Notes under the pieces: model-generated | What the model saw: the letters and a program-made list of their open reading frames with translations, nothing else | Databases searched by the model: none | What the model was told of the DNA's origin: nothing | Shown: piece by piece, positions 24,581 to 32,000 of the stretch | How positions within the stretch are numbered: position 1 is the first letter of the stretch | Layout of the letters: each line of letters starts with the position of its first letter | Assembly: GCF_003945235.1 (NCBI RefSeq) | Contig: NZ_RSDW01000001.1 | Location: forward strand, 4,500,001 to 4,532,000 | From: Edaphobacter aggregans | Lineage (GTDB): Bacteria > Acidobacteriota > Terriglobia > Terriglobales > Acidobacteriaceae | DNA: 32,000 nucleotides | Direction of reading: 5' to 3' | Program-made: the position numbers and the translations under genes

Positions 24581-26092
24581 ATGGCTCACATGCTCAAGCT
24601 CGGGGATAGCGACGATGTTGCAGTAGCCCTGCAATCAGTTCCTGCAGCGCAATTCCTTGAAGATCTTCGAGTTACGACGCTTTCTGACGTTCCTGCCGGA
24701 CATAAGGTGGCCTTGCGGGCAATAGGTGTGGGGAAGCCGGTCCGCAAGTCCAGTCAAATCATTGGTTTTGCGACGCAAGCTATTGTCCCGGGGGAACACG
24801 TCCATACCCATAACCTTATTACCGGGGATTTTGAACGAGACTATTCGATTGGGGCGGAGGCGCAACCGACGAGGTTTTTGCGACCGGAGGAGATGGCCAG
24901 CTTTCTCGGTTTCGTGCGGCCTGACGGGCGCGTGGGTACGCGAAATTATGTAGGTGTTCTTACCACTGTGAACTGCTCGGCTTCTGTTGCGCGCCGGATT
25001 ACTGCTCACTTTACGCCGGAGGTGATGAGCGCCTATTCGAATGTAGATGGGGTGGTGGCTATCACGCATGGGACTGGTTGCGGGATGGCTGAACATGGTG
25101 AGCCGGCGGATCTTTTGCGCCGAGTTTTTGCAGGATATGCCACTCACCCGAACTTCGCGGGGGTGCTTCTGCTGGGGCTGGGGTGTGAGACCAATCAGAT
25201 CGACTCCCTGGTGGCGCTGACGGGAATGACGGGTGCGCTGCGGTCAGCCACGATTCAGGAAGAAGGCGGGACGACGGCTTCGGTCCAGAAGGGTATTGCC
25301 ACCGTTTACGAGTTGTTGGAGCAAGCTAACCAGGCGACTCGTACGCTTGTGCCGGCGTCGGAGTTGGTGGTTGGACTGCAGTGTGGGGGGTCGGATGCTT
25401 ACTCGGGAATCAGTGCAAACCCCGCGCTGGGCGCGGCTGTGGACATGCTTGTGCGAAATGGTGGGACGGCGATTCTCTCGGAGACGCCGGAGATTTATGG
25501 AGCGGAACATCTGCTGACGCGGCGGTCTTCGCGGCCTGAGGTGGCGGAGAAGCTAATTGAGCGGATTCATTGGTGGGAGGAGTACACAGCCCGGCACAAG
25601 GGCTCGATTGATAACAATCCGCAGCCGGGAAATAAGACGGGTGGACTGACGACGATTCTTGAGAAGTCGCTGGGAGCGGTGTCGAAGGGCGGGACGACGA
25701 ACCTTAATGAGGTTTATCTGTATGCGGAGCCTGTCGTGGCGAAAGGGTTGGTGTTTATGGATTCGCCTGGGTTCGATCCTGTGTCGGCGACGGGTCAGGT
25801 TGCCGGCGGTGCGAACATGCTGTGCTTCACGACAGGACGTGGTTCGGTATTCGGCTGCAAACCTACACCTTCGCTGAAGCTGGCTTCGAATACGGCGCTG
25901 TATAACCGCATGCAGGACGATATGGATATTAATTGCGGGGCGATTATCGACGGCGACCAGAGTGTGCAGGAGGCTGGAGCGCTTATTTTCGAAGAGATTC
26001 TGGCGGTTGCTTCGGGCAAGCCTACACGGAGTGAGGTGCATGGGTTCGGCGAAGAGGAGTTCCAGCCCTGGCTGCAGAGTGCCACTCTTTAG
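24581..26092 (+). CDS. uxaA: UxaA-family sugar-acid dehydratase (altronate/galactarate dehydratase-like)
   Basis: ~503 aa. It aligns by eye with E. coli UxaA at GHKVALRAI...GEHVHTHN (SAF domain), GTRNYVGVLTTVNC, GLGCETNQ, LQCGGSDAYSGISANPALG, ETPEIYGAEHLL and PGNKTGGLTTILEKSLG. The exact substrate cannot be told from the sequence. Confidence 0.9.
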   Translation: MAHMLKLGDSDDVAVALQSVPAAQFLEDLRVTTLSDVPAGHKVALRAIGVGKPVRKSSQIIGFATQAIVPGEHVHTHNLITGDFERDYSIGAEAQPTRFLRPEEMASFLGFVRPDGRVGTRNYVGVLTTVNCSASVARRITAHFTPEVMSAYSNVDGVVAITHGTGCGMAEHGEPADLLRRVFAGYATHPNFAGVLLLGLGCETNQIDSLVALTGMTGALRSATIQEEGGTTASVQKGIATVYELLEQANQATRTLVPASELVVGLQCGGSDAYSGISANPALGAAVDMLVRNGGTAILSETPEIYGAEHLLTRRSSRPEVAEKLIERIHWWEEYTARHKGSIDNNPQPGNKTGGLTTILEKSLGAVSKGGTTNLNEVYLYAEPVVAKGLVFMDSPGFDPVSATGQVAGGANMLCFTTGRGSVFGCKPTPSLKLASNTALYNRMQDDMDINCGAIIDGDQSVQEAGALIFEEILAVASGKPTRSEVHGFGEEEFQPWLQSATL

Positions 26093-26375
26093 GGGCCTGG
26101 AAGACGAAGGCGTAACACTGATCAAAAGGGAAAAAGCTGATAGCAGCGGATTTGAATAAAGACTAATGGTTTGGTCTTATTCGTTTTATCGCTGGAATCT
26201 CCTGGCGTCGGTCGCGCTCGTTCAGAGCGATCACTTTTCATCTGCATCTTTTGGGTAATCGGTTGCATGGACAAGTTTTTGGGTGGGACGTGCGAGGCGG
26301 CTCCGAAAGGGCTAGCATAAAGATGTAGGCGAAGATTGAAATTTTTCGCGAAACGACATTCGAAGCGAGGAAGCA

Positions 26376-28862
26376 ATGGCAACGAAGGCAGGGGCGCTAT
26401 CGACAGCGGCGCCGGTGGTAGAGCAGCAGGATCGAGAAGTTGTATTTGATATTTTTCGCCGTTGGGGATACCTGCAGGCTTCGCTGGATCCGCTTGGACA
26501 ATATCTGCCCCCGGAACCATTTCCAACGCCTGCGCCGGAGGGCGAGTTTGCTGCAGAGGCGCGCGGCTACTATTGCGACACGATCGCTGTCGAGTTCATG
26601 CATATTCCAAGCCCTGAACATCGTCAGTGGATTCAGGAGAAGATGGAGCGCAAGGCTCCCAAGGCCGATCAGGCGCATGTTTTGACGCAGCTGATTCGCG
26701 CAGACATCTTTGAACAGGTGATTCAGTCGCGGTATCTGGGGACGAAGCGGTTTTCGCTTGAGGGACTGACGGCGCTGATTCCGTTTCTCGATCGCGTGCT
26801 GGAAGCGAGCGCCGGGTGCGGCGTGACGAAGGCGATGCTTGCGATGAGCCATCGCGGGCGACTGAACGTGATGACGAATACGATCGGCCGACCAGCGTCG
26901 GAGATCTTTACCAAGTTTGAGGATGTTGACCCGCGCAGCACGATGGGTGGCGGGGATGTGAAGTACCACATCGGCGCGACGGGTGAGTATGTATCGCCGG
27001 ATGGTCATGTGATCGGGCTGCATCTGGCTTCGAATCCGAGCCATTTGGAGGCGGTCGATCCGGTGGTGCTGGGAAGAACGCGGGCGAAGCAGGAACGTAT
27101 CGGCAAGGGCGGCAAAGCGAATGTGATGCCGATGATCATTCACGGCGATGCGGCGTTTGCGGGGCAGGGAATTCTTGCTGAGACGTTGAACATGGCTACG
27201 CTGCATGGATATAACGTGGGCGGGACGGTGCATGTGATCGTGAATAACCTGCTTGGGTTTACGGCGCTGCCGGAGGAGTCGAACTCGTCGCGGTTCTCGA
27301 CTGACATTGCGAAGCGGCTGCCGGTTCCGATCTTCCATGTGAATTCCGAGGATCCGGATGCCGTGGTGCGAGTGGCTACGATTGCAGCGGAGTACAGGCA
27401 CAAGTTCCGCTCCGATGTTGTGGTGGACCTGGTGGGGTATCGCAAGCATGGGCACAGCGAGGTGGATGATCCGACGGTGACGCAACCTCGGCGGTACGCA
27501 ATCATCAAGGATCGTGCTCCGCTGTACCAGCTGTATGCGCAGCGTATCGGGATTGATCCGACGAAAGAGGTGCAGGCGGTTCAGCAGGAGTTCCTCGAGG
27601 ATCAGAAGACTGCGACGCAGGCGGAGGAGATACCGCATCTGGCAGAGCTGCCGGATTACTGGGATCCTTATAAGGGCTGTGAGTTGCTTCCGGAGTACGA
27701 GGTCCGAACGGGGCTTCCGGCAGAGCGCGTCAATGAGCTTGTGAAGCGGATTACGGCTTATCCAGCGGGTTTTCATATCCACCCGAAGGTGAAGAAGCTG
27801 TTTGAACAGCGTGAGGAGATGGGCGCAGGGACGCGGCCGTTCGACTATGGGATGGCGGAACTGGTGGCGTTCGCTTCGCTGCTGGAGGCTGGTGTGCTGG
27901 TGCGGTTGACCGGGCAGGACTCGCAGCGTGGGACGTTCAATCAACGTCATGCGGTGATGGTGGATACGGAGACCGAGGTACGGTATACGCCGCTGTCTCA
28001 TTTGACGGAGAAGCAGGGGCGGTTTGAGGTCTATAACTCGTTGCTGTCGGAGGCTGCGGTACTTGGGTTCGAGTATGGGTTCGCGCGGGATTATCCCGAG
28101 GCCCTGGTGCTTTGGGAGGCGCAGTTTGGCGACTTTGCCAATGGAGCGCAGATCATTATCGACCAGTTCATCGCGGCGGGGGAGATGAAGTGGGGGCTGC
28201 TGTCCGGTGTTGTGATGCTGCTGCCGCATGGGTATGAGGGGCAGGGGCCGGAGCACTCGAGTGCACGCATGGAGCGGTATTTGCAACTGGCGGCGAACGA
28301 CAATATCCAGATCTGTCAGCCTTCGACGGCGGCGCAGTACTTCCATCTGCTGCGTCGGCAGGCACTGAGATTGTGGAGGAAGCCGCTGGTGGTGTTTACG
28401 CCGAAGAGCATGCTGCGGCATCCGGATGCTTCGAGCTCACTGGCGGAGTTCTCACGGGAGCGGTTCCTAAATGTGCTGCCGGATAACGAGGTTCAGAATC
28501 CGCGCCGGTTGCTGGTGTGCAGCGGCAAGATTGGGCATAACCTGCGTGTGGAGCGGGAGAAGCGCAAGGACATGGGCGTCGGGATTATCTTTTTGGAGCA
28601 GATGTATCCGTGGCCCGAAGAGGAGTTGCAGGCAGCGCTGGATCAGCATCCGGGGGCCCAGGAGATCGTCTGGGTGCAGGAGGAGCCGGCCAATATGGGC
28701 GCGTTCTTCTACGTGATGCCTGAGTTGCGGCGTATGGCTGGCGATCGCGCGGTTCTGAGTGTGAAGCGGAGTGCAAGTGCGACGCCGGCGACGGGTTCGG
28801 CCAAGGCGCATGAGATCGAAGAGAAGACCCTGATTGATATGGCTTTTGGCGCAGCGGTCTAG
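26376..28862 (+). CDS. sucA: 2-oxoglutarate dehydrogenase E1 component (short-N-terminus form)
   Basis: 828 aa. The motifs FRRWGYLQASLDPLG, AVEFMHI, MSHRGRLNV, IHGDAAFAGQG, GYRKHGHSE.DDP and WEAQFGDFANGAQ match SucA. The first ~85 residues of E. coli SucA have no counterpart. Confidence 0.95.
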   Translation: MATKAGALSTAAPVVEQQDREVVFDIFRRWGYLQASLDPLGQYLPPEPFPTPAPEGEFAAEARGYYCDTIAVEFMHIPSPEHRQWIQEKMERKAPKADQAHVLTQLIRADIFEQVIQSRYLGTKRFSLEGLTALIPFLDRVLEASAGCGVTKAMLAMSHRGRLNVMTNTIGRPASEIFTKFEDVDPRSTMGGGDVKYHIGATGEYVSPDGHVIGLHLASNPSHLEAVDPVVLGRTRAKQERIGKGGKANVMPMIIHGDAAFAGQGILAETLNMATLHGYNVGGTVHVIVNNLLGFTALPEESNSSRFSTDIAKRLPVPIFHVNSEDPDAVVRVATIAAEYRHKFRSDVVVDLVGYRKHGHSEVDDPTVTQPRRYAIIKDRAPLYQLYAQRIGIDPTKEVQAVQQEFLEDQKTATQAEEIPHLAELPDYWDPYKGCELLPEYEVRTGLPAERVNELVKRITAYPAGFHIHPKVKKLFEQREEMGAGTRPFDYGMAELVAFASLLEAGVLVRLTGQDSQRGTFNQRHAVMVDTETEVRYTPLSHLTEKQGRFEVYNSLLSEAAVLGFEYGFARDYPEALVLWEAQFGDFANGAQIIIDQFIAAGEMKWGLLSGVVMLLPHGYEGQGPEHSSARMERYLQLAANDNIQICQPSTAAQYFHLLRRQALRLWRKPLVVFTPKSMLRHPDASSSLAEFSRERFLNVLPDNEVQNPRRLLVCSGKIGHNLRVEREKRKDMGVGIIFLEQMYPWPEEELQAALDQHPGAQEIVWVQEEPANMGAFFYVMPELRRMAGDRAVLSVKRSASATPATGSAKAHEIEEKTLIDMAFGAAV

Positions 28863-28895
28863 TCGCTGCCGGGTATCTTTCCTTAGGTTCGTAAC

Positions 28896-28933
28896 AGGAA
28901 AGCCCTGGGGAGTAACCAGGGCTTTCTTGGTTT
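28896..28933 (+). terminator. Rho-independent terminator after sucA
   Basis: gaaagccctgg-ggagtaa-ccagggctttc forms a perfect 11-bp stem, followed by ttggttt. Confidence 0.85.
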
Positions 28934-29123
28934 GCACTATATTCACTTAGCTGGTGATGGGAGATAATCATATCCCGCGGATCTTGTTGATTGTAAATGG
29001 GATGTTCGTTTTAATGGCTTGACAGGTTTTGGAGTAGAGCGTCATGAGGAAAAGACTTCCGACTATGGTTCGCGGCAGGATTTGAGTACTCTTTAGCCCT
29101 TTAGTGGTGCAAATAATTGCATA

Positions 29124-29152
29124 TTGACTAAAAAGTGCTTCTGATAAGTAAT
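29124..29152 (+). promoter_or_regulatory. Possible promoter for the PEP-CTERM gene
   Basis: TTGACT (29124-29129), a 17-nt spacer, then AGTAAT (29147-29152). This is pattern match only. Confidence 0.25.
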
Positions 29153-29317
29153 TGATTCCTCTATGTACATGTTTGGCCATTCAGGTGCATTATAGGAGCG
29201 TAGCCAGCGTTAGCTCCCCACGAAAGGGTGAAGTTTGGGGTTTAGCGTGTTCTTGGCGGGGATCACCGGGCCACGTTCAGGAATACCGCTTCAATGCGGA
29301 AATCGGGAGGAAATTAA

Positions 29318-30010
29318 ATGAGATTTTACTCTAAGCTTTGCGCCTTGGGAGCGGGGATGGTAGTTATGACCGCTTTCGCGTCCGCTAATACAATCACCAT
29401 TGCAAGCCAAGCTGGAAGCGCCGTTGGCGATACGATTTATACCTCTACTACAGCAGCTGCACCCTTTAACTACTCTGCAAATATCGGAACCAGCTTCGCA
29501 TTGACTGGTGTGACGCCTACTTGGGCGGCGGCAATTCCCGGTTCGACATGGGTAGGTGTCGCCCCTACTGCGGGACCCACCGGTACGATCAATCCGAACT
29601 TCGGTACCTACACCTTCACGGTGGACCTTGGTACCGGACTGGCTGGCTACTCTGGATCGATTGGTGTTCTGGCCGACGACACGTCAAGCGTTACTCTTAA
29701 CGGTGTCCAAATTCAACCAGCCGATGGTGGTACTGATGGTCATTGTGAGTCGGGCGTCGGCATCACGTGCCTGGAGGTGTTTAATGTCGGGCTGCCCGGC
29801 GGCGGAGCATTCGTTGCTGGCGATAACACGCTGACGTTCACCGTGCTCCAAGCTGGTACGGGCCCTGCAGGCGGATCTGGCGATCCTTCAGGTCTGGACT
29901 TTGCCGGTACGATATCGAACAACCCAGTTCCTGAGCCCAGCACGCTGTTGCTCCTTGGAACCGGCTTGATCGGTTCTGCAGGCGCATTGTTCCGCAGAAT
30001 GCGGGCATAG
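29318..30010 (+). CDS. PEP-CTERM sorting-domain protein
   Basis: 230 aa with GGGAGG RBS upstream and signal peptide MRFYSKLCALGAGMVVMTAFASA. The C-terminus is VPEPSTLLLLGTGLIGSAGALFRRMRA. Confidence 0.85.
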   Translation: MRFYSKLCALGAGMVVMTAFASANTITIASQAGSAVGDTIYTSTTAAAPFNYSANIGTSFALTGVTPTWAAAIPGSTWVGVAPTAGPTGTINPNFGTYTFTVDLGTGLAGYSGSIGVLADDTSSVTLNGVQIQPADGGTDGHCESGVGITCLEVFNVGLPGGGAFVAGDNTLTFTVLQAGTGPAGGSGDPSGLDFAGTISNNPVPEPSTLLLLGTGLIGSAGALFRRMRA

Positions 30011-30056
30011 CGGTATCGAGCAACGCGATCGATAAGTCTGAACGATTCATTTAGGG

Positions 30057-30120
30057 GATGATGCAGATAGAAGAGGTTCCAAGACCTCTTCTTCTGCATC
30101 ATCGCATTTTGGCGGTTTTA
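30057..30120 (+). terminator. Long-stem intrinsic terminator after the PEP-CTERM gene
   Basis: A 20-bp stem with a single bulge (30057-30077 pairs with 30084-30103) and loop tccaag, followed by gcattttggcggttttatttc. Confidence 0.75.
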
Positions 30121-30223
30121 TTTCTCCCTCTAAGTTGTAGGGAAGAAGCGGGGCGACGCCGACAGTTCCCGAGCGGAGTACCGGGAGTGTTCCGGTAAGA
30201 TCCAGATTCTTTAGAATTGTCGA

Positions 30224-30260
30224 TGAGTGCGAAGAGACTCTTCGCACTCATTTCTTTTTT
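30224..30260 (+). terminator. Second, stand-alone intrinsic terminator
   Basis: tgagtgcgaag-agact-cttcgcactca forms a perfect 11-bp stem, followed by tttctttttt. No ORF ends here. Confidence 0.7.
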
Positions 30261-30500
30261 CGAATGCTGCAGCCGAAGGGCAGACTAGTTGCAGAACGAC
30301 TAACCCGCGCTCTTTCAAAACAATGATTTTCAAGCAGTTTTTAGCTGGGATGGTTTGGAGAACAAAACGAGAGCCTTACTTGCAGAGGGGCACCCTGGTT
30401 CGACCTGTAACTATTGCTTTATTATTTTGTGTAGTGATCGAGAGTAGTATTGCGCTTTAGGCAATAGAATTCTGACTGTTTGGTGGAAATCATCCAATCG

Positions 30501-31442
30501 ATGCGATCTCCCAGAGTGACAATTGTTGTACCTGTGTATAACGGGGCAGTCTATCTCGGTGAAACTCTCGAGTCGTTGTTGACGCAGAGTTTTACGGATT
30601 TCGAATTGCTCGTGATCAATGACGGAAGCACCGATGCTTCGGGCGATATCGTTCGATCTTTTAAGGACGATCGGATTCGCATGATTGTTCAGGAGAATGG
30701 CGGACTTTGCCATGCTTTGAATCGGGGGATCGAAGAGGCGAAGGGTTCGTACATCGCTCGCAACGATCAGGATGACGTTAGCTTCCCTCATCGGTTAGAG
30801 CGAGAATTGAAGGTGATGGAAGATCACCCTGACGCGATTGGACTTTTCTCCTACAACACAAAGTTTGGAAGCAAACACCGATGGTCAAACGCGGATAAGC
30901 TCACCATGGTGGCGGGCGAGATCAGGGAATATGAGCCCCTCAAGGACGGAAGCCTGCTGGGTTCGACGATGTTCGTCCGAAGGGAGGCGCTGCAATCCAT
31001 TCATGGGTTCAGACAGTCGTACTACCCAGTGGACGACTGGGATCTTGAGTGCCGGTTGGCGCAGGCTGGCAAGGTACTGGTTTTGCAGGAACCGCTGGTC
31101 GCTTATCGTTTTCAAACAAGTGCAAATACTTATCGAGTGTTCGCCGAGATGCAGGAAAAGACGCGTTGGACGGAAGACTCTTACCACCGGCGTGTGCAAG
31201 GTGTTCCTGAGCTGACCTTTGATCAATTTATGATGACCCAGCCGCAGAATGGGTGGTCGCGGTTGGCCCGACGCCGCATCGATACGGCTAAGTTGCAGAT
31301 GCGCATTGCAGGGCAAGACTATCTTGATGGCCAGTACCTGGCGGCTGGCCTCCACTTGTCTGCGGCTGTGATGCTGAATCCTGCGGATATGGCCGGACGC
31401 CTATGGCGCTTGCTGGGCGGTTCGTCGTCTGAACCTGCGTGA
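30501..31442 (+). CDS. Family 2 glycosyltransferase
   Basis: ATG at 30501 gives MRSPRVTIVVPVYNGAVYLGETLESLLTQSFTDFELLVINDGSTDASGDIV, the canonical GT2 N-terminus, plus a DQDD (DxD-like) motif. Confidence 0.9.
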   Translation: MRSPRVTIVVPVYNGAVYLGETLESLLTQSFTDFELLVINDGSTDASGDIVRSFKDDRIRMIVQENGGLCHALNRGIEEAKGSYIARNDQDDVSFPHRLERELKVMEDHPDAIGLFSYNTKFGSKHRWSNADKLTMVAGEIREYEPLKDGSLLGSTMFVRREALQSIHGFRQSYYPVDDWDLECRLAQAGKVLVLQEPLVAYRFQTSANTYRVFAEMQEKTRWTEDSYHRRVQGVPELTFDQFMMTQPQNGWSRLARRRIDTAKLQMRIAGQDYLDGQYLAAGLHLSAAVMLNPADMAGRLWRLLGGSSSEPA

Positions 31443-31478
31443 AGCTTGTCGCTTCGGAATAAGAAGAGTAGCTAAAAG

Positions 31479-31524
31479 CACAAAGCCCGGAAGGAGGATT
31501 GTCCTGTCTGGGCTTCGTGTTTTG
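31479..31524. terminator. Probable bidirectional terminator between convergent GT2 and PEP-CTERM genes
   Basis: cacaaagcccgga ... tctgggcttcgtg forms a 13-bp stem with 2 mismatches, flanked by cttttagc on the minus strand and tttt on the plus strand. Confidence 0.5.
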
Positions 31525-31566
31525 GATGGTGTAAATCGATGCACGGCAGAGGTGCCGTGAACGAGC

Positions 31567-32000
31567 TTAGCGGGCCAAGCGACGGCGTACGACGCCAGCA
31601 GCACCGATCAGGCCGGTTCCGAGCATCAGCAGAGTGCTGGGCTCTGGAACTGCACTGAACTGAGCATCGAAGTCCACGCCTGTAGCGGCGAGACCCGACT
31701 GCTGGACGACGAAGATCAGGCTATCCGAACCGGTGCCGGTGAAGCTGTAGCTGATGCTGTCAACGCTGATGCAGTTCGGCATGTTCGATTCGCACTTGGC
31801 GTCGTTCGACGACGTCAAGAGGCTATCAGACACGATCTTATTCGCCGAAGAGATGCTGTTGAGATAAACATCGATCGTATCGTCCGCCATTACATTCAGG
31901 GTGCCGGCGTACAGGACACCGTTGATGTCAGAGAACGAAGTCGTGTAGGTGTACGTGCCGTTCGGTGCAACCACTGCACCGCCGGGCTCCGTGCCCACGT
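31567..32000 (-). CDS. PEP-CTERM sorting-domain protein (N-terminus beyond window edge), paralog of 29318-30010
   Basis: The C-terminus is VPEPSTLLMLGTGLIGAAGVVRRRLAR. It shares GTYT[FY]T, [LM]ADDT..V.LN, CES...C and F.V.Q.G motifs with the 29318 protein. The frame stays open to the edge, so the GTG at 31998 is probably not the true start. Confidence 0.85.
   Translation of the reverse strand, partial: VGTEPGGAVVAPNGTYTYTTSFSDINGVLYAGTLNVMADDTIDVYLNSISSANKIVSDSLLTSSNDAKCESNMPNCISVDSISYSFTGTGSDSLIFVVQQSGLAATGVDFDAQFSAVPEPSTLLMLGTGLIGAAGVVRRRLAR

Noticed and set aside
26397-28421. 674-aa ORF on the minus strand, the longest non-annotated ORF in the window
   Set aside because: It lies exactly antisense to sucA. 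Its composition is extremely R/L/H/P/Q-rich with no motif. This is a typical shadow ORF of a GC-rich gene with G-ending codons.
30390-30412. GGTTCGA T-loop-like string, a possible tRNA
   Set aside because: No flanking 5-bp T-stem, acceptor stem or anticodon arm can be drawn. No other tRNA-like cloverleaf was noticed in the window.
1-32000. Mobile elements, prophage, CRISPR arrays, toxin-antitoxin or known defence-system genes
   Set aside because: I recognised no transposase, integrase, recombinase, Cas, nuclease-helicase or restriction-modification signatures. There are no arrays of regularly spaced repeats. The repeats found are in-frame protein repeats or isolated hairpins.

Overview
GC-rich chromosomal segment (roughly 60% GC by eye, not computed). 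I call 27 protein-coding genes, two of them speculative short ORFs, and no rRNA, tRNA, CRISPR array, transposase or integrase. The gene content suggests Acidobacteriota (Terriglobia-like), which is an inference: three PEP-CTERM proteins, a TIGR03436-type acidobacterial VWFA protein, a BlaI repressor coupled to an M56-peptidase/TonB-C fusion, and a Tat-exported Gfo/Idh/MocA enzyme next to a PmoA-like (DUF6807) protein. Housekeeping genes are pyruvate kinase, mutL, cmk, a cold-shock protein, sucA (E1o) and a UxaA-family dehydratase. Others include a PAS-GGDEF-EAL protein, an esterase, a secreted thioredoxin-like protein, YihY/BrkB, a Tat-signal HisC-like aminotransferase, two tandem YciI proteins and a GT2 glycosyltransferase. 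Several starts were trimmed relative to the ORF track using RBS and signal-peptide evidence. I did not find a clear multi-gene novel system such as a defence island. The observations most worth a second look are: (1) the + strand flips from C-rich to G-rich exactly in the cmk-csp spacer (~21.4-21.6 kb), which is origin-type polarity but without DnaA boxes or dnaA; (2) an unplaceable 717-aa protein upstream of cmk whose C-terminal ~400 aa is a basic disordered tail with at least seven SRPPRRD[FY]-type repeats; (3) the BlaI / M56-TonB_C module with an 18-bp palindrome over its promoter and RBS; (4) a heavily structured ~200-nt region with two tandem intrinsic terminators between a PEP-CTERM gene and a GT2 gene; (5) three unusually long low-GC non-coding gaps (17.85-18.4, 24.13-24.58, 28.93-29.32 kb). 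All functional calls rest on motif recognition by eye; no database search was possible.
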